Assembly: GCA_001189195.1 (NCBI GenBank)
Contig: LFCQ01000002.1
Coordinates: 68,997-132,996 of the forward strand
Origin: Parcubacteria bacterium C7867-007
Lineage (GTDB): Bacteria > Patescibacteriota > Minisyncoccia > Phycocordibacterales > Phycocordibacteraceae
Direction: 5' to 3'
Length of the DNA: 64,000 bases
Shown one piece after another: positions 26,266 to 35,838 of this stretch; the stretch's first letter is position 1; every line of letters starts with the position of its first letter. The notes beneath the pieces were generated by a model. It did not search any database and was not told the DNA's origin. It saw nothing but the letters and a program-made list of their open reading frames with translations. Both the position numbers and the translations under genes were made by a program.

Positions 26266-26351
26266 GCCCGGGTGTTGAAATTGGTTATACAAGCTACCTT
26301 GAGGTGGTAGTGCCGCAAGGCGTGGAGGTTCGAGTCCTCTCCCGGGCACCA
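26266..26351 (+). tRNA. tRNA-Leu(GAG)
   Basis: GCCCGGG acceptor stem, CTACC-TTGAGGT-GGTAG, variable arm, ACCA. Confidence 0.93.
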
Positions 26352-26405
26352 GAAACAAAACACCCCGCTTAGGCGGGGTGTTTTGTTTTCAGTTATACTT
26401 TCTCC

Positions 26406-26981
26406 ATGTCTGGTTTATATACAGGGAAAGGTGATGGTGGCACCACAAAGACCTTTGGCTGTGATCAGCAGCGTATATCTAAAGCAACTGAGTTGCCAGA
26501 AGCACTCGGAACACTAGATGAACTAAACTCATTCCTAGGGTTAGCAAAGATTCGCGCAAAAAAGGCACAAGACTCAAGCCTCAGTATTGGAAAGAAACAC
26601 TACGCAATATCTGCAATCCTTCGTGACGTACAGGAAACACTTTTCATTGTGCAGGCAGAAGTAGCTGGCGCACCAAAGAAAGTGGGGAAACTGAAGGTTA
26701 CATATGTAGAGAAACTCATTGCTGCAGTGGAAGAAGAGATTCCTCCGGTGGTTTCCTTCTCCATTGCAGGAGGCACAGAAGTGTCTGCACTTCTTGATGT
26801 GGCGCGTACACTGGCACGGCGTGCAGAACGTCGTGTTATTGCAGTACATGAGCTTGAACTACGAAACGTTTCTCCGCATACGCGCGCCTACCTTAACCGT
26901 CTTTCATCGCTTCTGTTCGCGCTCGCACGTCTGGCAAATCACAAATCAGGCGTCGTAGAAGAAAATCCAACATATCGATAA
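26406..26981 (+). CDS. PduO-type cob(I)alamin adenosyltransferase
   Basis: YTGKGDGGTT, GTLDELNSFLG, ARTLARRAER, YLNRLSSLLF. Confidence 0.9.
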   Translation: MSGLYTGKGDGGTTKTFGCDQQRISKATELPEALGTLDELNSFLGLAKIRAKKAQDSSLSIGKKHYAISAILRDVQETLFIVQAEVAGAPKKVGKLKVTYVEKLIAAVEEEIPPVVSFSIAGGTEVSALLDVARTLARRAERRVIAVHELELRNVSPHTRAYLNRLSSLLFALARLANHKSGVVEENPTYR

Positions 26982-27018
26982 TCCGTCTCCCGTGGTATAA
27001 GAGTTCAGTGCGCTACAT

Positions 27019-27063
27019 GGCGGCTATGGTGTAACGGTTAACACTACAGGTTGTGGCTCTGTG
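27019..27063 (+). pseudogene. 5' half of tRNA-His(GTG); T-arm and 3' acceptor strand missing
   Basis: G-GCGGCTA-TG-GTGTAACGGTTAACAC-T-ACAGG-TTGTGGC-TCTGT, then runs straight into mscL codons. Confidence 0.75.
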
Positions 27064-27361
27064 TAACATCACCAACTCACTTGTTACCAACATCATCACG
27101 CCGCCGCTTGGCTTGCTGCTCGGAAAGATAGACTTTAAGGATCTCGCCCTTAACCTAGGAGGTTCTGTTGAAATCACGTATGGTGTTTTCTTGCAGTCCG
27201 TTCTCGATTTCGTCATCATTGCTTTGGTACTCTTCATCATCATTCGCTTCATGAACCGTCTTGCACCTAAGAAAGCAGAAGATATGCCAGAGGCAAGTAA
27301 GTCTCCTGAGCTGCAAGTACTTGAGCAGATTCGTGATGCGATTGGTCATCCAAAACTTTAA
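27064..27361 (+). pseudogene. mscL: Large-conductance mechanosensitive channel lacking its N-terminus (S1 helix and most of TM1)
   Basis: NSLVTNIITPPLGLLLGKIDF..YGVFLQSVLDFVIIA..LEQIRD; no FKEF/GNVIDLAVG segment upstream. Confidence 0.8.
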
Positions 27362-27364
27362 TCT

Positions 27365-28036
27365 ATGAAAGGTGTACTCGTTGGTGTTCTCCTTGTGATG
27401 CTAATAGGCATCGGTGCATTTGTGTACCGCAGCGCTATCGAACGTCCTCGGGTACAGAATCCTCTGAGCAAGGCATGCACTCTTGAGGCGCGTATCTGTC
27501 CAGATGGATCGGCGGTTGGGCGCAGTGGTCCAAATTGTGAGTTTGCTGCATGTGCATTTCCAAATGCAGAAGATGCCGCAATCGGTATTTCATTTGTGGT
27601 ACCAAACGGATTCGTGGCAAATCCAGATGCTATTGGTACTGATCCGTCACTACGGGCAGTATTCGATAGCACAAACCTCAAGTCCGGTATTCCAGACTCC
27701 TTAGTTATTCGCAGGTTTAGTATTCCAGCAGGAAAGACTGCCGAGCAAGTGATACTCGAAAACACTATGTATGAGTCTTCCGGTATTCAACCAAGCTCTA
27801 TGAAAGAGTTTGAACCGATACTCATCAACGGGAACACCTTTCAGACGATTAGTGTAGAGCGCTTTGAGGCACTGGTACACACCGAGTATTACCTTGTTCG
27901 CACCAATGATGTACTTCGGTTTGAAGTGATCGAACGTGATGTGACGAATTGGACTGACCCAACTCTAAAGGTGATGGACCTTCCTTCACACAAAGCACTT
28001 CAAACACTTCTCTCCACACTTCAAAGCACTAAATAG
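27365..28036 (+). CDS. Membrane-anchored protein with a small Cys motif
   Basis: N-terminal TM; ACTLEARICPDGSAVGRSGPNCEFAAC. Confidence 0.75.
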   Translation: MKGVLVGVLLVMLIGIGAFVYRSAIERPRVQNPLSKACTLEARICPDGSAVGRSGPNCEFAACAFPNAEDAAIGISFVVPNGFVANPDAIGTDPSLRAVFDSTNLKSGIPDSLVIRRFSIPAGKTAEQVILENTMYESSGIQPSSMKEFEPILINGNTFQTISVERFEALVHTEYYLVRTNDVLRFEVIERDVTNWTDPTLKVMDLPSHKALQTLLSTLQSTK

Positions 28037-28065
28037 AAAAGCCCCGGTATCTGCCGGGGCTTTTC

Positions 28066-28809
28066 TTATCCTGCAATCTGTATCACCACGAACATAACGA
28101 GTGCGCCTAGCAACGTCATAACGGTGGTGAGTATACGGGGGTGAGAATGATGGCTCTCCGGTAGAAGGTCTGATGCACCGATGTACAAGAAGAATCCAGC
28201 AAACGTTGCAAGGATCATTGCAAGCGCTCCTTCTGGGACGGTGATGAAGAGGGTAACAAATGCACCAAGTAGGGGAGCGGCTGCATCTGCAAGAAGCCAA
28301 CGGAATGCTTCTTTGCGTGAACCGCCATTCTTAAGAATGAGATTCACGGTATTAATACCGTCAGAGAAGTCATGTGTGAGAACAGCTGCCGCAACGATCG
28401 CCCCCACGGCAGGTGATGCTTGGAAAGCAAGACCGATTGCAAAACCATCAAGGAAGCTGTGGCTTGAAAGACTTCCTGCACCAATAACCCCACGCTTTGT
28501 GCTGTGGTGCGCATGCACACTACCATCGTCACCATCACTGTGTGCGTGGAGTAGGATCACGCGATCCAGCACCATGTACGCAAAGAAGCCCAGTGCGGTA
28601 AAGAGAATGATCGTTCCTGGTTCAAAGAAACCCATACCAAGTTCAATTGACTCAGGAATGAGGTCAAAGAATGCCAGCGCAATAACCGCTCCGGCTGAGA
28701 AGCCAAGGATAAGGTGCAGCTTGTCTTTTAATTTAAGAGCCAGCATACCCCCGATAAAGGTGGCAATTGAGGCCGCTAGAGCAACGAGAAGAATTGGTAT
28801 TGATTCCAT
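28066..28809 (-). CDS. ZIP family metal transporter
   Basis: HSFLDGFAIG, HDFSDG, YIGASDLLPE, His-rich loop. Confidence 0.92.
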   Translation of the reverse strand: MESIPILLVALAASIATFIGGMLALKLKDKLHLILGFSAGAVIALAFFDLIPESIELGMGFFEPGTIILFTALGFFAYMVLDRVILLHAHSDGDDGSVHAHHSTKRGVIGAGSLSSHSFLDGFAIGLAFQASPAVGAIVAAAVLTHDFSDGINTVNLILKNGGSRKEAFRWLLADAAAPLLGAFVTLFITVPEGALAMILATFAGFFLYIGASDLLPESHHSHPRILTTVMTLLGALVMFVVIQIAG

Positions 28810-28890
28810 GCGGTAAGTATATAACTTCCCATACGACTACGCCTATAAGTGCTACCATTAACCTAATCAGTAGTAAGTAACATAAATTGT

Positions 28891-29703
28891 ATGCCTGAAT
28901 CATTGTCAGAAACCATCGTGCGCGCATCTCGTCCTGTCCGCTATGCGGCAGCTGTCGCACTTGCAGTTCTTGCTCTATTCCTCCTTGTTAAGACGTTTGA
29001 TGCAATTGCTCAGTTTGGTACTGGTCCGAACCGTCCTATTAACAGCATCACCGTAACGGGTGAAGGAAAGAGCACATCGGTACCCAACATTGCATTAGTA
29101 ACTTTCACGGTGCAGGAAACCGCAGTAAGTGTTAAAGAGGCACAGGATGCTGCAACCAAGCGCACCAACGATTCACTCGCTGCAATGAAGGATATGGATA
29201 TTGCCGAGAAGGATATTAAAACTCTTGGATACAACGTATATCCTCAGTACGAGAATCGTGCGATCGCACCCTGTTATCCAGGCGGTGAATGTCCAACACA
29301 GTCTAATAAGATAAGCGGATACCAAGTATCTCAGACAGTTGAGGTAAAGATCCGCGATACTGCAAAGGCGGGTGATGTACTTCAGAAACTTGGCACTCTT
29401 GGTGTACAGAACATCTCTGGTCCAAACTTCATGCTTGATGACGACAGCACTGTTCGCGATGAAGCGCGTGAGGCAGCTATCGAGGATGCTCGTGCTAAGG
29501 CCGAGGTTCTTGCAAAACAGCTCCATGTTCGCCTTGGAAATGTTATGAGTTTCTCTGAGGGGGGTGGGTACTACCCAATGTATAGCGGATACGCTAAGGG
29601 TGGTGTAGCAATGGACGCAGCAAATGTTGCCCCTGCACCATCACTTCCAGTAGGAGAGAACGAGACCAACGTAACAGTTCAGATCACCTACGAGATTCGC
29701 TAA
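28891..29703 (+). CDS. SIMPL (DUF541) domain protein
   Basis: ITVTGEGK..PNIA, R..AIEDARAKAEVLA, V.V.YEI. Confidence 0.9.
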   Translation: MPESLSETIVRASRPVRYAAAVALAVLALFLLVKTFDAIAQFGTGPNRPINSITVTGEGKSTSVPNIALVTFTVQETAVSVKEAQDAATKRTNDSLAAMKDMDIAEKDIKTLGYNVYPQYENRAIAPCYPGGECPTQSNKISGYQVSQTVEVKIRDTAKAGDVLQKLGTLGVQNISGPNFMLDDDSTVRDEAREAAIEDARAKAEVLAKQLHVRLGNVMSFSEGGGYYPMYSGYAKGGVAMDAANVAPAPSLPVGENETNVTVQITYEIR

Positions 29704-29827
29704 GAGGCTGATTTTGGAGTCAAAGCCGCCCAGTTTAGCTGGGCGGCTTTGTTCATTTGACACCCTAAAACCCTGTAGTAATATAGGAATATATAAGAGC
29801 CCCCGGGGCTTTTTTATTTAGACCACC

Positions 29828-29947
29828 ATGAATTCATTCATCAGCTATCTCGTGCTCATTGTTCTGATTTCTATATTCACTGCAGTGTTTATTGCAGGAC
29901 TCGACTACGTCTTTACGCAAGGCGTAAGTCAGCTCATCGTTCGCTAA
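29828..29947 (+). CDS. secE: Preprotein translocase SecE, 39 aa, apparently with an internal in-frame deletion
   Basis: Directly upstream of nusG; MNSFISYL-VLIVLISIFTAVFIAGLDYVF; conserved ELxKVxWP segment absent. Confidence 0.7.
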   Translation: MNSFISYLVLIVLISIFTAVFIAGLDYVFTQGVSQLIVR

Positions 29948-29971
29948 CTTTAGCAACGTTACTTTTTCTCT

Positions 29972-30541
29972 ATGGAAACACGCACCGCACCTTCGTTCTC
30001 TGACGACGCTATCAGCACTGAGCCTCGTTGGTACACCATTCACACCTACGCAGGGTATGAGAACGCTGTTGAGCGTAACCTCAAGCAGCGTATCGAGTCT
30101 CTCGGTATGGAGCACAAGATCTTCGAGGTAGTGGTCCCTACTGAAAAGAAGATCCGCATCAAGGGAGGAAAGCGTATTCTCGAAGAAGAGAAGATATACC
30201 CGGGATACATCCTGGTTCGCATGATCGTAGATGAGGATTCATGGTTCGTGGTACGTAACACTCCTCGTGTTACAGGTTTCGTTGGTTCAGGTACCACCCC
30301 GGTTCCCATGGAAGAGTCTGAAGTGGTAACGCTTATGAAGCGCATGGATCAGGAAGCACCGAAGCATCGTATCGACCTGCAGAAGGACGATCCTGTAGTT
30401 ATTAATGATGGTCCGTTTAAGGACCTAGAAGGCAAGGTAGGGGAGATCGATGAGGAACGCGGCAAGGTTAAGGTCATGGTGGCCATGTTCGGACGCGAGA
30501 CTCCGGTTGAACTCGACTTTTTGCAGATTCGCAAACTTTAA
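29972..30541 (+). CDS. nusG: Transcription factor NusG
   Basis: WYTIHTYAGYE, YPGYILV, VRNTPRVTGFVG, FGRETPVELDF. Confidence 0.97.
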   Translation: METRTAPSFSDDAISTEPRWYTIHTYAGYENAVERNLKQRIESLGMEHKIFEVVVPTEKKIRIKGGKRILEEEKIYPGYILVRMIVDEDSWFVVRNTPRVTGFVGSGTTPVPMEESEVVTLMKRMDQEAPKHRIDLQKDDPVVINDGPFKDLEGKVGEIDEERGKVKVMVAMFGRETPVELDFLQIRKL

Positions 30542-30565
30542 GGTACAGTCGCTACACAAACACAT

Positions 30566-30985
30566 ATGGCTAAAGTAGTTAAGAAAATCAAGCTTCAGAT
30601 TCCCGGCGGTAAGGCGACCCCTGCACCTCCGGTTGGTACCGTGCTCGGCCCTGCCGGCGTTAACATTGGTGACTTCGTCAACAAGTTCAACGAGCAGACC
30701 AAGGACAAGCCAGGCGTTATTATCCCGGTTGATATGACCGTGTATGACGACCGTACCTTCACCTTCGTTCTGAAGGTATCTCCAATGCCTCGCCTTATCC
30801 TTAAGGCACTCGGTATTGAGAAGGGTTCTGGAAAGGCTCCCTCCAAGAAGGCAGGCACTCTCACTCGTGCTCAAGTCCGTGAGATCGCTGAGACTAAGAT
30901 GCCAGACCTCAATGCAGGTAGCATGGAGGCAGCAGAGCGCATGGTGGAAGGCACCGCACGTTCAATGGGAGTTGAGGTTAAGTAA
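30566..30985 (+). CDS. rplK: 50S ribosomal protein L11
   Basis: [17 protein letters not shown]. Confidence 0.97.
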   Translation: MAKVVKKIKLQIPGGKATPAPPVGTVLGPAGVNIGDFVNKFNEQTKDKPGVIIPVDMTVYDDRTFTFVLKVSPMPRLILKALGIEKGSGKAPSKKAGTLTRAQVREIAETKMPDLNAGSMEAAERMVEGTARSMGVEVK

Positions 30986-31058
30986 TCTCAAGTAAAGGTA
31001 GTAAAAGCGCTCCACACGGAGCGCTTTTACATTTCCTAATTATCTATACACTGCAATT

Positions 31059-31778
31059 ATGTCTGAGCACGCTCCAAAGCCCCATCGTCGTGAACTTAAT
31101 ACCGCGACTCTAGAAGGGAATGTAAAAATACCTCAAATAGGAATGGGCATCATGCTCTATGGTGCTGAACACTGTCTTTCGGAGGAAGATCCACACGCAG
31201 CAATCCAGAAACTTGTTGCACCCATACCTGATGACGAAGCGCTCCGAGTGCGAACAGCAAAAGCGAATGCCCAACATGTCCAGGCAGGTATAGGTACTAT
31301 TTTAACTACAGATAAAATCCGCCAACTACAAGCACGGGGCAATCATGGAACCCTACAGCTTATCGGGCGTGCAGCTGGTATAACCGTCGGCCCCAAAACT
31401 CTGTACTATTTTGATGAAGAGGGAAATTGGTCAGATCCGGAAATGCAGGCAGATGCACAGCGGGTCATAGATGAGTTAACGCCAGAGAAGACCGAATTCT
31501 TAAAGAATGCACTGCACCTGCTACGAAGCACCCTTGAAAGTCCAGAGGTGAAGCAGATGATCAAAGAAAGAAAAGAAGCACTATCAAACTGGGAACATAA
31601 AAATGAGGCTGAAAAAGCAAGAGGAAATGCAATTGCTGCCGCGAAGACAAGGGAGATCGCACAAGCACTCGAAGACACGCTCTTCGAGACGTATGATCCC
31701 TCAGAACACTCACGAGAAGAGATGTTGCTCACTCATAAACTACGACTTGCCATCAATGACATGGTTAATATCTATTAG
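31059..31778 (+). CDS. Hypothetical protein
   Basis: 239-aa ORF with a -10 box just upstream; co-oriented with the ATP-grasp gene. Confidence 0.65.
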   Translation: MSEHAPKPHRRELNTATLEGNVKIPQIGMGIMLYGAEHCLSEEDPHAAIQKLVAPIPDDEALRVRTAKANAQHVQAGIGTILTTDKIRQLQARGNHGTLQLIGRAAGITVGPKTLYYFDEEGNWSDPEMQADAQRVIDELTPEKTEFLKNALHLLRSTLESPEVKQMIKERKEALSNWEHKNEAEKARGNAIAAAKTREIAQALEDTLFETYDPSEHSREEMLLTHKLRLAINDMVNIY

Positions 31779-31780
31779 GT

Positions 31781-32620
31781 ATGAGTACTGCAGGCGGCTA
31801 TGTAAACACACGATGCGTGCGTAAAGCGTGTGATCGTCTCAAGATCCCATATACCGTTCACGACGAGTATGGAAACTTTGTCTCTGTACAAAAGCAGAAG
31901 TATTTCTTTGTGAACGCATCGATGCCGTTTAACTCCAGTTCATTGAATAAGATTTGTTCTGATAAAGACTTCGCCTCACGTCTTCTAAAGGATGTGGTAC
32001 GTATGCCAAAGACACTGGGATACTTTGATCCATATCCAAAATATGAGAAGTATACAGACTACATTGAACAAACCAACTACGAAGCAATCACTGATTCTAT
32101 TTGTTCAGAGTTTTCATTCCCGCTCATCATTAAGATGAATAGCGGACAGCAGGGAACCAATGTATTTAAGTGTGCGACCAAGGAAGATGTATCTATGGCT
32201 CTAGCTGCTATATTTGATCACAACTCTCCACATTATGATTTCGTAGCTCTGGTGCAGGAATATATTCAACCGAAGGCAGAATACCGAGTGATTGTGTTTA
32301 GGGGAGAGGTGCTTTTGGCATATGAAAAGAACATCACTGACGCAACATTCGTTGGAAACCTAAGTCCACTGCATTATGAGAATGCAAAAGCCATTCAAAT
32401 ACTCGATCTGGATCTCCTCAAACGTTTTCAAGAGTGCATCACCCCAATCTTTCCAATACTAAATCTCGAATTCACGGGTATCGATATCATTCAAGACGAA
32501 GATGATAAGTTTTATGTGATTGAGCTTAACTCACGACCCGGTTTCACCTTGTTTGAGAAGGATAACGGGGACGAACCATTGGTGCAGATGTACGAGAAGA
32601 TTCTTAGTTCACTAGAGTGA
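31781..32620 (+). CDS. RimK-like ATP-grasp protein
   Basis: FPLIIKMNSGQQGTNV, LVQEYI, EYRV, GIDII, VIELNSRPG. Confidence 0.85.
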   Translation: MSTAGGYVNTRCVRKACDRLKIPYTVHDEYGNFVSVQKQKYFFVNASMPFNSSSLNKICSDKDFASRLLKDVVRMPKTLGYFDPYPKYEKYTDYIEQTNYEAITDSICSEFSFPLIIKMNSGQQGTNVFKCATKEDVSMALAAIFDHNSPHYDFVALVQEYIQPKAEYRVIVFRGEVLLAYEKNITDATFVGNLSPLHYENAKAIQILDLDLLKRFQECITPIFPILNLEFTGIDIIQDEDDKFYVIELNSRPGFTLFEKDNGDEPLVQMYEKILSSLE

Positions 32621-33070
32621 GACTAGATCAAAGTCTGAACTGCGTGAGTGTGTCTCATGCCACGTAACGGTATTTGTTGATCGATTCACCACACCAATAC
32701 GATCAACTGGCTGGTCCCATGCTTTTCGTTCAAGTGCCTCAGTACTGAACTGATCTTCAAAACAGATACACACCCGCATCCATGCAGCTGGAACCACGGA
32801 CAGGAATTGATCATACCAACCACCACCGCGCCCAGTACGTGTGCCAGCAGCATCTACTTTTGTGCAGGGCATAAGTACACAAACGAACGCACCCTTTGCA
32901 GCATGCTTTGCTTTTTCAGCTTCCTCCCACGGATCAATATCCAAGCGTGGTGGGATAGGGTAGTGGTCTTCTGGAACTTCAATAAAATGAGTGTAATCAG
33001 CTTCGCCTTCAAGTGCGGTGTACGTCACGTAGAATGGCTTACCATCAACTGTTTCTTCTTCGTAGGACAT
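32612..33070 (-). CDS. 5-formyltetrahydrofolate cyclo-ligase (short form)
   Basis: GTRTGRGGGWYDQFL, WDQPVD motifs. Confidence 0.8.
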   Translation of the reverse strand: MSYEEETVDGKPFYVTYTALEGEADYTHFIEVPEDHYPIPPRLDIDPWEEAEKAKHAAKGAFVCVLMPCTKVDAAGTRTGRGGGWYDQFLSVVPAAWMRVCICFEDQFSTEALERKAWDQPVDRIGVVNRSTNTVTWHETHSRSSDFDLVSL

Positions 33071-33153
33071 ACCAAAAGTATACCCCCGCTTTCCCTCTGT
33101 TCTGGAATATGGCACTGTGGCGTAAGATCAACTCAATTTCACGGAGAGAATCC

Positions 33154-34224
33154 ATGGGCGTACTGCCTATCCAACGTCTACGAGAACTGCAAGGGGAGTA
33201 CATCACCGATGTTGGTGAAAGCTTCCTCAACCCTGCGTCAATCGACATGCCATTGTCGAACGAAGCGTTCCGGTTGGAGAGTGTTTTCTTCCCGGAAGAA
33301 AACCTAATGATCCGAGACATGTTCGAAATAGTTGGTGCGCGGCCACATGATCTCGTGAACCCTCTTGAAGTTGGTGTTGCGTACCTTATTCGTGTCGACG
33401 GCAGTTGGTCGTTACCAGAGAGTGCATACGGCTATGCGAACCCAAAGTCATCAAGTGGCCGTGTGAACTTATTCTGTCGACTCATGGCAGATGGCGTCGA
33501 TATGTATGACTTCCTCCCGAAGGGGTGGAAAGGGGAGTGCTGGATGTTTGTGCGCCCAGACAGTTTCCCGATCATTCTGCATCCCGGACTGGCAGTTGCT
33601 CAGCTGCGCGTCTTCGACTCAAAAGAATTCTTGAGTGAGACAGACATGGAGGTTGCTGTCAGAAACCGTGGGCTCCTCTTCGATGGAGCTCAGCAGAAGA
33701 TTCCATTTCGTGAGCTTCACCTGCATGGTGATTCGCTCTACCTAACCCTCGCAGTCGGAGAGAACTTCGGCTACGAGTGTCGGGGGTTGTACAAGCCACT
33801 GGATTTTGGTGCGATTGGTGCACACGATCCCGCAGACTATTTCGTTCCCATCGGAGCTCCGTTGGGTCGGTACACCCTCCGCAAGGGCAACTTCTATATT
33901 CTCTCAACCTTTGAGCGGGTAATGGTTGCACCGGGACATTCTGCTGAGCTCCGGCCAGTCGATCCTCGGCTGGGCGAATTCCGTTCGCATGCTGCCGGGT
34001 ATATCGATCCTGGTTGGGGGTTTGGTGCGAATGGTGAGGTATGTGGGAGACCGATCACTCTCGAAGTGATTCCGCATGAAGACTTCTCCGTTCGTAACGG
34101 TCAACCAATTGGGCGCCTTCGGTACGAGCGCATGAGCTCGGAACCGGATACGAACTACGATGCATCACCTTCCAACTATCTCGTGCAAGAGGGACCTCGG
34201 CTCTCAAAGCATTTCAAAACCTGA
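33154..34224 (+). CDS. dcd: dCTP deaminase (long two-domain type)
   Basis: NPASIDMPL, ANPKSSSGR, GEFRSHAAGYIDPGWG, LEVIPHE, LSKHF. Confidence 0.88.
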   Translation: MGVLPIQRLRELQGEYITDVGESFLNPASIDMPLSNEAFRLESVFFPEENLMIRDMFEIVGARPHDLVNPLEVGVAYLIRVDGSWSLPESAYGYANPKSSSGRVNLFCRLMADGVDMYDFLPKGWKGECWMFVRPDSFPIILHPGLAVAQLRVFDSKEFLSETDMEVAVRNRGLLFDGAQQKIPFRELHLHGDSLYLTLAVGENFGYECRGLYKPLDFGAIGAHDPADYFVPIGAPLGRYTLRKGNFYILSTFERVMVAPGHSAELRPVDPRLGEFRSHAAGYIDPGWGFGANGEVCGRPITLEVIPHEDFSVRNGQPIGRLRYERMSSEPDTNYDASPSNYLVQEGPRLSKHFKT

Positions 34225-34301
34225 GGATCAGACTCAAAAAGAAAAGAAACGGGCCGCGCGATGAATCGCGCGGCCCAATTTGTTTGTGTTGCAGAAAACA
34301 G

Positions 34302-35702
34302 TTACGACACATCACGTTCCACGATGTCTTGCGCACCGCGCTTGAGGCTGAACTGTGGTGGTTCAGATTCAAGATGCAGTACAAGACCATGCGGGCCGTA
34401 TTGCTGAAGTAGGACCTCAGCCATCTGGCTCGCACGGTGGTGCAATGTCGGATGAACATCGTTACGTGCACGACGTTCAACGAGATAGGTGAGCGCCCGC
34501 AGGTCACCAGTGAGCCTAATCGGCACACGGTATCCCATAGGGATGTAGTACTGCTCGATGTAATCTTCGAGTTCGAGGTGCGGGAGCGCAGCAAGTTGTC
34601 TTGCAAGCAGTTCCATTGCCTCTGCGCGAAGGTCGTCGGGGAGTTCGTTCAGGTACCAGGGTTCAAAGCCGTACTCCTCAGAGAGCAGTGGCATAGGAAC
34701 GGTCACTGGGCGATGTCGTTCTAGGTCGCGGAATGAAGCGAAGTCCAGGAGGAACGAGAATTCAGCAGTACCGCACTCCCGAACATCCCATGGCAGTTCA
34801 ATACCACGAGGACGTGATACAAACACATCAGCGTATTCCTGCATTCGTTCTGGCCGCACGGCATCGTGTGTAAGAGCGAAGACAGGGAATGTTGATGCAT
34901 TGGCGATGAGATAGCCAGACGTCTGTTGGGACATGTAGGCGTACCATTCACGGTCCTTGTGTCGACGCTCCCAATCAGGATCATTTGCACGATCCGTGAA
35001 TGAGTGCGGGTACTGCTTAAGGAGCAGTGCCTCGACTACCAGTGCGACTTCGCGTACTTCAGGAAGTGGATGGTTTCGCAGTAGCGGAAGTCGATCTCCA
35101 AACTGACGCAGCGTACCCGTCCAGGTGAGGTTCGTAGAAGCGCCGGCAGGGAGAAAGCTCCTCATGGTGTCGAAGGCGCGTGCCTTAATGGCTTTTGTGT
35201 ACTTTTTCTTATCACCATCACCGATCACCTCAAATGGATATCGTTCAGCGAGAACGACCTGCATCCTCTCCAGACCCTTGAGATAAAAGGCGCGCCAGTT
35301 CTCAAGGATTTGAGTAGACGCAGCTGACCCATGCGGATCAACAAATGGTTGCAAGGCGAAGTCGATGTACCGGGTTGAAGCTTCTTGTCCGTTGTAGAGG
35401 GGGAAGTGTTGAATCGCTTTCGCGGTCAACATTGAAACACCCGAGATACTCACGAACGCTTCCCCCATATCGCCAATGGACTGGTGTCCATAGCCGACGT
35501 AGAACTCTTCCATGAATTTACCTGAACCACTCTTCCCGAGTCGTTCCAAATGCTTCCGGATACCGCCAACAGAGCGGCTATCCATGGCACCCAACATAGC
35601 TTTGTCTTCAGAGGTGATGAGTGCGCCGTTATTTAGCACGAGCACTTCACCTCCTCCACTCAGCTGAGCACTGTGGTGTGAAAGGTCAGAAATCTCGCGC
35701 AT
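34302..35702 (-). CDS. thyX: FAD-dependent thymidylate synthase ThyX (long, tandem-domain form)
   Basis: YGHQSI, EASTRYIDF, RSFLPAG, FRDLERHR, GDLRALTYLVERR. Confidence 0.85.
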   Translation of the reverse strand: MREISDLSHHSAQLSGGGEVLVLNNGALITSEDKAMLGAMDSRSVGGIRKHLERLGKSGSGKFMEEFYVGYGHQSIGDMGEAFVSISGVSMLTAKAIQHFPLYNGQEASTRYIDFALQPFVDPHGSAASTQILENWRAFYLKGLERMQVVLAERYPFEVIGDGDKKKYTKAIKARAFDTMRSFLPAGASTNLTWTGTLRQFGDRLPLLRNHPLPEVREVALVVEALLLKQYPHSFTDRANDPDWERRHKDREWYAYMSQQTSGYLIANASTFPVFALTHDAVRPERMQEYADVFVSRPRGIELPWDVRECGTAEFSFLLDFASFRDLERHRPVTVPMPLLSEEYGFEPWYLNELPDDLRAEAMELLARQLAALPHLELEDYIEQYYIPMGYRVPIRLTGDLRALTYLVERRARNDVHPTLHHRASQMAEVLLQQYGPHGLVLHLESEPPQFSLKRGAQDIVERDVS

Positions 35703-35838
35703 AAAAACCTCCATAATTGCGAGTCTAGCATGAGCATATAGGTCCTAGAGAAAAGCAGCAAATATGTTGTAATTGCAGTATTGAAGCATCATTGAAAGGT
35801 CGCGGGCTCACTCACTTTTAAGGTACTATGACTGCATT

